This document shows positions 54,041 to 64,000 of a stretch of 64,000 bases of DNA, in pieces. Every line of letters begins with the position of its first letter. The stretch's first letter is position 1. The DNA lies in contig CAWFJP010000003.1 of the NCBI GenBank assembly GCA_963816145.1, positions 544,001-608,000 on the forward strand, in the 5' to 3' direction. Source of the stretch: an uncultured delta proteobacterium. Its GTDB lineage: Bacteria; Desulfobacterota; Binatia; UBA9968. The translations under genes were made by a program, and so were the position numbers. The notes under the pieces were generated by a model, which did not search any database, was not told the DNA's origin, and saw nothing but the letters and a program-made list of their open reading frames with translations.

Positions 54041-57000
54041 ATGAACCAATCTATGAATCATGGGCTCTCGCATCCGCCGCAGCAACAGGCGGTCTGTGAC
54101 AGGTGCATTTACCCATCAGGGACGTTTGTCGAGTTTCCCGTGGAAGACATCGACAGCTCGATCCCGGCGCGGTTTGAGAAGATCGTGCGGCTATATCCCG
54201 ACCGGATCGCAGTCAAGATGGGCGACCGCACGCTGGCTTACAAAGAGCTGAACCGTACAGCCAACCGGATTGCACGAGCAATTTTAGCGAAACGCGGTTC
54301 GGGCGCTGAACCGATAGCTCTCCTATTTGAACATGGCGTCGATGTTATTGCCACGATCTTTGGAATTTTAAAGGCCGGCAAGTTCTACGTTGTCATCGAT
54401 CCATCATTTCCGGTGGAAAGAATCAGCTTTATTCTGGAGGACTCAGGTGCAGGCTTAATCGCCCACAATAGCCACAATTTGGCTCTTGCTAATGAGCTGA
54501 AAAATGACACTCGCACGTTGTTGAATATCGACGAAATCAGCGACTCCGCGTCCCCCGACAACGTCGGCCTTTCTGTGTCGCCGGATGATCTTGTGACTAT
54601 TTGCTACACTTCTGGTTCTACCGGCAAGCCAAAGGGGGTGATCGAGGCACATCGCAGCGTTCTCCATAGAGTCAAACTATTTATAGAGAGAGAGAGCATT
54701 TGTGTTGATGACCGATTAACCCTTCTTCATCCGCTTAGTTTCGCATCAGGGCATACCCACTTGCGAGTATCCCTCCTAAATGGAGCTTCTCTGTTTCCTT
54801 TCGATATCAAGTCGGAGGGCATCGATCGTTTGTCGCGATGGCTTCGGACGGAAAGAATCACTATTTACCATTCGCCTCCGTCTTTATTTCGGCAGCTTGG
54901 AGAATCACTCACTGGGCATGAAAAGCTCTCGAATATACGTTTGATCCATCTTACGGGAGCGCCGGTAACTCGATTGGACTTCGACCTCTACAAAAACTGC
55001 TTCGGACCAGAGACCTTGCTAAAATTTGGAATGGGTTCGACGGAAGCACGAGGTATTTGTTCCGCGATCGTGGACCAGACTTTTTCATTTCCTGAAAAAG
55101 GCACACCGATCGGATATCCCGACCCGTACAATAAAATCCTCTTGCTTGATGAAAACGGTAGCGAGGTTGGACCTAATGAGGTAGGCGAGATCGCCGTCAA
55201 GGGCCGCAACCTGAATCCAGGCTACTGGCAGAGAGCGGACCTTACCCAGGCTAAGTTCCGGTCCGATCCGACTGGCGGCGACGAACGGACCTATTTAACG
55301 GGTGATCTTGGGCGTATGTTGCCGGATGGTTTTTTGATTCATTTGGGCCGCAAGGACCTGATGGTCAAAATCAGAGGTTACCGAGTCGAACTCGCAGAGA
55401 TCGAGAAATTATTACTGGCTCACCCTCAGGTGAAAGATGCGGGCGTGGTCGCATGGGACCGTGAACCAGGGGAGAAATATCTGACTGCATACGTTGTCCC
55501 ACGCCATAATCCACCGCCTACAAGAAATCAGCTCAATGATTTCCTGATGACGAAATTGCCCCAATACATGATTCCATCGGCTTTTATGTTTCTCGACTCG
55601 TTTCCTTTAACAAACGGCAAGCTGGATCGCACGGCTCTGCCTAAGCCCGGGGGAAAAAGGCCAGACCTTAGCCAACCATATGGCGCTCCACGAAGTGAAG
55701 TCGAGCGGGAGTTGGTCCGGATGTGGGAGGAAGTTCTCGATGTTCGTCCGATTGGTATCCACGACACCTTTTTGGATTTAGGAGGTCATTCGCTCGCAGC
55801 AACACGGGTCGTCTCTCGGGTTACTAAGAATTTCGAATTAGAGCTGTCACTTCGATCTTTGTTCCAATCGCCCACCGTTGCCGATATGGCGGCCATCATC
55901 CTCGGTGAACTGACAGCGGAACAGCGTGTTGAGTTAGAATCGCGACTGTTGCAGAAGATCACACTTCCTAGCAACAGCGCCATTCCCCGACGAGACACTT
56001 TCTCGCCTTGTCCCTTATCCTTCGGCCAAGAGCGCCTGTGGTTCCTTAATCAACTAGAACCGGAAAGCCCGGTTTACAACGAGTCGAGCGCTCGGCGGTT
56101 AATTGGTGCGCTCGATGTCAACGCTTTAGAAAAAGCCTTCAATTGCGTAATTGCGCGCCACGAAGTTCTACGGACCACGATTGCGCTTGTTGACGGAAAC
56201 CCCATGCAGCGGATCGCGGCTTGCCGAACGATCGAACTGCCGGTGATAGATCTCAGGTCGCATTTCGACAAAGACCGCGATACCGAAGTGCAACGACTGA
56301 TCGATGAAGCGATCCGCCGCCCCTTCGATCTATCCAGCGACCTGATGCTGCGCACTTTACTACTCCGGCTCGACCACCAAGAGCACATCCTTCTTGTGGT
56401 CAAGCACCATGTTGCTACAGACGGCTGGTCCTCGGAACTCTTCTGGCACGAAGTTGCGACTTTGTATGCCGCTTTTAGCTCTGGACAGACCGCTAACTTA
56501 CCGGAGCTGCCGGTTCAATACGCAGACTACGCAGGTTGGCAGCGAGAACGGTTGCAGGGGGAGGTTTTAGAAAGTCAGCTTTCCTACTGGAGGAAGCAGC
56601 TAGCGGATGTTGCACTGCTGCAATTACCGACCGATCGGCCCCGGCCGGCGGTGGAGAGCTATCGGGGAGAAAAACAATCTTTCGAGCTCTCCAAGGAACT
56701 GGCCCTGAAGCTCAAAGTGCTCAGCCGAAGCCATGACGCAACACTGTACATGACGCTGTTGGCCGCATTTCAAACCCTGCTCTTTCGCTACACGGGGCAG
56801 GACGACATCGCCGTGGCTTCTCCCATCGCCGGTCGAACCCACGATGCGATCGAGGGACTAGTTGGATTCTTCGCAAACACACTTGTATTGCGGGCGGATC
56901 TCTCAAGCAGACCAACATTTCGTGAGCTGTTGGGACGGGTGCGCAGCGTCTGCTTGAGCGCATACTCCCACCAAGATTTACCTTTCGAGAAGCTCGTCGA

Positions 57001-60000
57001 GGAGTTGCACCCGGATCGACGTCTCAATCAAAATCCGCTATTTCAAGTCACGTTCCAGCTCAATAGCAATTCGCGGAAGCCGTTGACGCTCCCCGGCATT
57101 CGGGTTGAACAGATCGAGTTGGACCAACCGATGTCGAAATTCGACTTGAGCCTGTCCATGACGGACAGCGAAGAGTCGATGAGCGGGCGGATCATTTATA
57201 ACACCGATCTGTTCGACGCTGAAACCATTTCCCGTTTGCTCGGCCATTTCGAGGTCTTGCTGCGAGGCATAGTCGCTAATCCAGAGCAGAGAATATCCGA
57301 ACTACCGCTGCTCACCGAGGCTGAAAAACATCAAATCTTAGTCGAGTGGAACGACACCAAGACCGCATACCCGAATGATAAGTGCATTCACGAACTATTT
57401 GAGACACAGGTAGAGAAAACGCCGGATGCCATCGCCGTGGTATTCGAAGACCAGCGACTCACCTACCGAAAACTGAACCAAAGAGCCAACCAACTGGCGC
57501 ACTACCTAAGAAAACTCGGCGTCGGTCCGGAGGCATTGGTGGGCATTTGCGTCGAGCGATCCTTGGCAATGCTCGTGGCGATTTTGGGAATTCTCAAAGC
57601 CGGGGGCGCCTATGTGCCACTGGATCCGTCTTATCCTACGGAGCGACTGGCTTTTATCCTCGAGGATAGCCGGGCAGCGCTGCTGATCAGCCAAAGCTCG
57701 CTGATCGCGGGACTGCCGGTTCACAACGCAACGGTTCTTTGTTTGGATCAAGACTGGGGAGAAATTTCGACCCAGAGCCAAGACAATCCGCCGCCTTTAA
57801 CCACCCCCGACAATCTCGCCTATGTCATTTACACTTCCGGATCGACCGGAACACCTAAAGGGGCGCTGATCCCCCATCATAATGTCGTGCGACTCTTTCG
57901 CGCCACCGACTCCTGGTTTCACTTTGGCCCGGATGATGTCTGGACGCTGTTTCATTCCTATGCCTTTGACTTCTCCGTCTGGGAGCTTTGGGGTGCCCTT
58001 GTTCATGGTGGACGGCTGGTCATCGTGCCCTTTGACGTGAGTCGATCGCCGCGGGAGTTCTACGAGCTGTTATGCCGGGAGCAAGTCACGGTTCTCAACC
58101 AGACCCCCTCGGCGTTCCGACAGCTCGTGCAAGCGGAAGAGTCCATTACCGACACTAGCCGGCTCGGACTTCGTCTGGTGATTTTCGGCGGTGAAGCGCT
58201 GGACTTTCAGAGTCTCAGGCCATGGTTCGAGCGCCATGGCGATCAAAGGCCCCGGCTCATCAACATGTACGGGATCACGGAGACCACCGTCCATGTGACC
58301 TACCGGGAGATCAAGGAAGCGGACCTGAGTGTCGGCGGGTCTAGCCTGATCGGTGCGCCGATCCCGGACCTGGAACTTTACGTTCTCGATTCCCATCGCA
58401 ACCTGGTGCCGATCGGCTTACCCGGAGAGCTTTATGTCGGCGGGGCCGGTCTAGCCAGGGGGTATCTGAATCGGAGCGGGCTCACCGCGGAGCGATTTGT
58501 CGGTCATCCTTTCGATGATGGTGAAGGGCGAAGGCTGTATCGGTCCGGGGATCTTGTTCGGCGGCGCGCCGACGGGGACATCGAGTACTTGGGCCGCATC
58601 GACAACCAGGTCAAGATCCGCGGCTTTCGCATCGAACTGGGTGAGATCGAGGCAGTGCTCGCTCAGCACCCCTCCATCCAACAAGCGGTCGTCCTCGCTC
58701 GTGAAGACTCTCCAGGCGATAAGCGGCTGATCGCCTATGTAGTCACCGCTGACGGCTCGGCTATTTCGGTTCACGACTTACGTAGCTATCTCCGACTCAA
58801 GCTGCCCGACTACATGGTGCCCTCGGCCTTTGTGTTCCTCGATTCGCTGCCCCTCACGCCCAACGGCAAGCTCGACCGAAAGGCGCTGCCGGCTCCCGAT
58901 CACAGTAGGTCGAATTCAGATCAGAGCTATAGCGCACCTCGCACTCCAGTGGAAGAATTGCTCGCTGGGATCTGGGCCGAGGTCCTCAAACTCGACGAGG
59001 TCGGTATCCATGACAACTTCTTCGAGCTAGGTGGACATTCCCTCCTAGCCACTCAGTTCGTCGCGCGCATAAATACAGCGTTCCAGATCGATTTCCCCTT
59101 GCGCAGACTGTTCGAGACACCGACGATTGCCGGCCTCGCCGACTCGGTCCAGGCTAGTATGGAAATCGAGAAAGACTCACGCACAGTTCGATCCATCGTG
59201 CCGGTTCCGCGCAGCAACCACACCCCGCTCTCTTTCGCTCAAGAGCGTTTATGGTTCTTGGACCGTCTCGACCCCGATAGCCCAACCTACAACGTCCCGG
59301 CGGCTTTCCGCTTGGCCGGTGATCTCAACCTCAACGCACTGGAACAGAGCCTAAATGAGGTCGTGCGCCGTCATGAAGTTCTGCGCACGCTCTTTGCCAC
59401 CGTCAATGGCAATCCAGTGCAAAAGATTCTGCCCTCGTTGGCCATTGCGCTTACTCCCATCGACATTAGCCAGCAGCCAGAAAACGAACGCCAACCGGCT
59501 CTACAATCCCTGCTCAAAGAAGAAGCCGAGCGGCCCTTCGATCTTAGCCGTGGACCGCTGATACGGGCTCGGCTCCTGCGACTCTCCCCCTTGGACCACG
59601 TGCTCGCCTTGAACCTGCACCATAGCGTCTCCGACGGTTGGTCCATGGGCGTGCTCTTCCGCGAACTCTCGGCACTCTATCAAGCATACGGCTCGGGAGA
59701 ACCTAGTCCCTTGCCCGAGCTACCGGTCCAGTATGCCGATTATGCGATATGGCAGCGTGATTGGTTACAAGGTGAGAACCTCGACGTTCAACTTTCCTAC
59801 TGGAGAAAACAACTCGACGGTCTATCGACGCTCCAGCTCCCCACTGATCATCTCCGCCCGCCGGTGCAAACTTACCGCGGAGCTAGCCAGTCCCTAGAAC
59901 TTTCGGCGCAACTTTCTCAGGCGATCAAGGGTCTAGGCCGGCGTGAGGGCGTTACCCTGTTCATGACCCTGCTGGCGGCCTTCCAGACCCTGCTCTGCCG

Positions 60001-62453
60001 CTACTGCGGCCAGCAAGATATTGCCGTTGGCACTCCCATCGCCGGCCGTGTCCGTCAGGAGATCGAGGGACTGATCGGCTTTTTCGTCAACACCCTGGTC
60101 CTGCGCGCCGATCTTTCCAATAACCCGACCTTCAAGGAACTACTGCGACAAGTCCGTGAAACTACTCTGGAAGCCTATACTCACCAAGACCTGCCGTTTG
60201 AAAAACTCGTCGAGGAACTCCATCCCGAGCGCAATCCCAGCATCTCGCCGTTGTTCCAGGTCATGTTCATACTTCAGAACAACACTGAACAGCCTTTGGA
60301 ATTCAAACATCTGACCGTCAACCCTATTCGTAGGGGTAGTCAAGTCGCTAAATTCGACCTGTCGCTGACAATGTCCGAGAGAGACGGCACACTCCGCGCC
60401 GTGCTCAACTACAACACCGATCTGTTCGACTCGTCGACCATCGAGCGCATGCTGGGGCATTTTCAGATTCTACTCGAAGGCATTGTCGCCAACCCGGAAC
60501 AACCCATCAGTGGACTGCCATTGCTGACCGACCCCGAGAAACACCAACTCTTAGTCGAATGGAACGACACCAAGACCGACTATCCCAAAGACAAATGCAT
60601 CCATCAGCTCTTCGAAGAACAGGTAGAGAAAACTCCTAATGCCATCGCCCTGGTTTTCGAGGATCAACAGCTCACTTACTGTGAACTCAATGCCAGAGCC
60701 AACCAACTGGCGCACTACCTGACCACAGAGCGGCGCGCAATCAGGGACTGCGGTCGGTGTCTATCTCGAACGCTCCATCGAACTCGCGATCGCCTTATTA
60801 GCAGTTCTCAAAGCCGGAGGCGTTTATGCCCCTGTCGATCCGAGTTACCCGATCGAGCGAGCTACGTTTATTTTGCAAGACGTGCAGGCGCCTTTCATCG
60901 TGACCACTCGGGATCTAGCGTCGCAGCTTTCGTTAAATGGCGCGCGAACCGTCACTCTCGATACAGAATTGCAGAAACTCGATTGGGCCGATAATTCCAA
61001 TCCACGCATTGTCGTTGGGTCTCGGTCTCCGGCCTATATACTTTACACCTCGGGTTCCACGGGCACGCCGAAGGGCGTTGTGATGAGCCACCGGGCTCTG
61101 AACAATTTGATCTCCTGGCAGGTGAACAACTTCGGTGACGCCTTGCCAGCTCGGACCTTACAATTCGCACCCTTAGGTTTCGATGTTTCCATCCAGGAAA
61201 TGTTCTCCACCTGGTGTTCGGGCGGTTCGTTATACTTGATACCAAACGATGTGAGACAAGATGGCTTATGTCTAATGAAGTATATCGAAAAGCATTCGAT
61301 CGAGCGGATATTTCTGCCGTTTGTCGCTCTTCAACACTTCGCGGAGGTCGCGGTAACCGAAAGTTGTACTCCTCAGAGTTTGCGTCAGATCATCACCGCC
61401 GGCGAACAGTTGCGACTAACTAAACCGCTAAGAGTATTTCTGGACAGACTTGAAAACTGCCGCTTACATAATCAATACGGTCCCACGGAAAGCCATGTGG
61501 TGACCGAATATACACTCAACCCATCATTCCAACATGAGCCTGACCTTCCGCCCATCGGTCGTCCGATCGCAAATACAGAGATTTATATTTTGGATCCACA
61601 TCTAAATCCGGTACCAATCGGTGTCGCCGGGGAACTCTTGATTGGCGGAGTTGGCGTGGCACAGGGTTACTTCAATCGTGCAGAACTGACCCAAGAGAAG
61701 TTCATCGCTAGCCCATTCAGTACCACTCCAGGAGCGAGGCTATATAAAACCGGCGATCTGGCTCGCTACCTACCGGACGGCAATATCGAGTTCCTCGGCC
61801 GCATCGATAATCAGGTAAAGATACGCGGCTTTCGCATCGAGCTCGGTGAGATCGATGCCGTGCTCACTCAACACCCCGCCATCCAACAGGCGGTTGTGCT
61901 CGCGAGAGAAGACACACCGGGGGACCGGCGCCTCGTCGCCTACACGGTTGCGACTAGTGGCTCTACCCCTTCGGCGCACCAACTGCGCAGCTTTCTCCAA
62001 CTCAAGTTGCCCGACTACATGGTGCCTTCGGCATTTGTGGTTTTAGACGCTCTACCTCTGACGCCCAACGGTAAGCTCGACCGAAAAGCGCTGCTAGCTT
62101 CCGATCACATCAGACCCGAATTCGACGACGCCTTCGCTGCCCCAAGGACCCCCGTCGAAGAGATTCTCGCTAACATCTGGGCCGAGGTCCTCAAACTCGA
62201 CACGGTTGGAATCCATGACAACTTCTTTGACTTGGGCGGCCATTCTCTGCTGGCCACTCGGGTTATCTCGCGCATCCGCGACTCTTTCAAACTCGATTTG
62301 CCCTTAAGGACCCTGTTCGAAGCTCCGACGATCCGCGGTCTCGCCCGGAGGTTAACCGACTTCGAAATCAAACAAGATGTCACACACACCGCGCAAATTG
62401 CCCCAGTTGCGCGCGAGCAATATCGAGTCCGAACATCGAATTCTCAGCAATGA
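54041..62453 (+). CDS. NRPS 4: A*-T-C-A(Thr)-T-C-A(Pro-like)-T, with +1 frameshift near 60725
   Basis: C motifs HHVATDG and HHSVSDG. A2 has FDFSVWE/NQTPS/NMYGITETTVHV (Thr-type); A3 has FDVSIQE/IFLP/TAGE/ESHVV (Pro-type). The frame switches at HYLT/QSGAQSGTAVGVYLERS. Confidence 0.87.
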
Positions 62454-62527
62454 TTAACCATAGCCGCGCTACTAACGAACGGGGAACCGTTCTCGATCGG
62501 AGGTCACTATGAGTGATTCTTCCAAGC
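62268..62527 (+). repeat. Direct repeat, copy 2 (copy 1 at 53661..53920)
   Basis: See copy 1. This copy retains the ATG at 62509. Confidence 0.85.
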
Positions 62528-64000
62528 AGCAATCGACAATTCCGCCTGAACAGCAGGCGATCCGGGACGAGTGTTTTCATCCGTCGGGAACGTTCGTCGA
62601 GTTTCCCATAGAAGATATCGAGACTTCGATTCCGGCGCGGTTTGAGAAGATTGCCGGAATGTTTCCCGATCGGACTGCGATCACCACCAGGTTCCAAAGC
62701 CTTACATACGACGAGCTCAACCGTCTAGCGAATCGGTTAGCTCATGAACTGCTTGCCCAAAGAGGTAACGCGTCGGAACCGGTCGCGCTGTTTTTAGGTC
62801 GCTGGGACACTTTGGTCGTTGGACATCTTGCCGCTTTAAAGTCCGGTAAGTTTTCTCTGGCATTGGACCCAGGGAGCGAAATTGAGAGAACTACTCACCT
62901 GCTCCGTGATTCTGGAGCCGAAGTTGTGATCGTCGATGACGAAACCATCAAATCAATACATGGGTTGGTTGCGGAAAAGTGTGTGGTGATTCAGTTGAAC
63001 GAACTCTCGCCGAGTCTTTCGGAAGATAATCCACAGATCCTGGTACGTCCCGACGCCTACGCCTATGTTCGCTATACATCGGGGTCGACAGGGAGCGCCA
63101 AAGGCGCCGCGAAATCTCATCGTCACGTTCTTAAAGCCGTGATGGACTTTGTCAATCATTTCCATCTATGCGCCGATGACTCTGTCACGCTTCTCGGTTT
63201 CGCTTCGATAGGCAAGCACCTATTAATAGCCCTGCTCACTGGAGCGCGATTCTGCCCATACGATGTTCGGAACGAGGGGATCATTCATCTCGATGATTGG
63301 CTGCGTGAAGAGAGGATTTCGGTGTTTTACTCCTTCCCCACCGCGTTTCGTTATTTTGTCAGGAGCCTTGCCGACTCAGCGGTATTTCCCCAATTACGCC
63401 TGATCGAATTCGAAGGAGAACCTCTCTACAGAAGTGACGTTGAGATATTGATGAATCACGTTACTTCTAATTGCATCTTGGTCAACACTTTGTCGTCCGC
63501 CGAAACGGGGACCGTTAGTCTCTATTTTCTCGATATGAAGACAATCATAAACAGCGACAGGGTGCCGGTGGGCTATCCGGTAGAAGGGGTGGAGATCCTG
63601 ATTCTAAATGATGCGAGGCTGCCGTTGGGTATTGACCAAGTTGGCGAAGTTGCGGTTCGCAGCAGCTTTCTTTCCGGTGGTTATTGGCAAAAACCCGACG
63701 CCACCAGTCAAAAATTCATACCGCAAGCCGAAGACGGATCGAGCTTTATGTACTTGACCGGTGATCTTGGCCGCCTGTCGCAAGACGGTTGCCTGACGTT
63801 ATTCGGTCGTAAAGATTTTCAGGTCAAGATTCGGAGTTTCAGAGTCGATGTAACGGAAGTCGAAACGGTGCTTAGTCAACATGACGAAATATGCAGCGTC
63901 GCCGTGTCGGGGAGAGACGACCAGATCGGAAACAAAAGACTCGTGGCCTACGTAGTCCCGCGCGGTCGCCCTGAGCCCACGGTAGCGGCTTTGAAATTAT
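62509..64000 (+). CDS. NRPS 5 (partial, runs off the window): leader plus A* domain
   Basis: GGAGG RBS; MSDSSKQQSTIPPEQQAIRDECFHPSGTFVEFP..., YTSGSTGSAKG, LTGDLG, GRKDFQVKIR and LVAYVVP. No stop before the window end, so it is absent from the ORF track. Confidence 0.88.
   Translation, partial: MSDSSKQQSTIPPEQQAIRDECFHPSGTFVEFPIEDIETSIPARFEKIAGMFPDRTAITTRFQSLTYDELNRLANRLAHELLAQRGNASEPVALFLGRWDTLVVGHLAALKSGKFSLALDPGSEIERTTHLLRDSGAEVVIVDDETIKSIHGLVAEKCVVIQLNELSPSLSEDNPQILVRPDAYAYVRYTSGSTGSAKGAAKSHRHVLKAVMDFVNHFHLCADDSVTLLGFASIGKHLLIALLTGARFCPYDVRNEGIIHLDDWLREERISVFYSFPTAFRYFVRSLADSAVFPQLRLIEFEGEPLYRSDVEILMNHVTSNCILVNTLSSAETGTVSLYFLDMKTIINSDRVPVGYPVEGVEILILNDARLPLGIDQVGEVAVRSSFLSGGYWQKPDATSQKFIPQAEDGSSFMYLTGDLGRLSQDGCLTLFGRKDFQVKIRSFRVDVTEVETVLSQHDEICSVAVSGRDDQIGNKRLVAYVVPRGRPEPTVAALKL

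Noticed and set aside
43860-62100. Highly similar DNA among A-domain C-termini and T domains as mobile repeats
   Set aside because: Explained by NRPS module paralogy or gene conversion; relevant only as an assembly caveat.

Overview
GC-rich bacterial chromosome segment. Gene content (orphan NitT/TauT-type binding proteins, pilT/pilU, MetE-like gene, short intergenic repeats) suggests a deltaproteobacterial-like lineage such as Binatia; this is an inference only. Bases 1-36.7 kb are mostly housekeeping and metabolic genes: a FAD/Fe-S oxidoreductase, udgB, an actinobacterial Sdh1-type succinate dehydrogenase operon, pilT/pilU, an SDR, an aldehyde dehydrogenase, UbiD, purK/purE/purC flanking a DabB-DabA-PII inorganic-carbon transport operon, thiC, nuoI, apt, nlpD, pcm and tRNA-Pro(GGG). 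Bases 37.5 kb to the end are an NRPS cluster that runs off the window. Most notable observations: (1) the NRPS genes repeatedly begin with a conserved PEQQAIRxxCFHPSG leader fused to atypical adenylation domains lacking the alpha-amino-binding Asp, including an A-T-A-T tandem with no C domain, plus two scars of deleted genes; (2) an ArsC/Spx-family gene truncated in the ORF track has an in-frame TGA in a UxxC motif followed by a SECIS-like hairpin, making it a probable selenoprotein; (3) an unannotated 57-aa ORF heads the DAB operon, whose DabB carries a fused second membrane domain. Three genes have single +1 frameshifts that may be sequencing errors.
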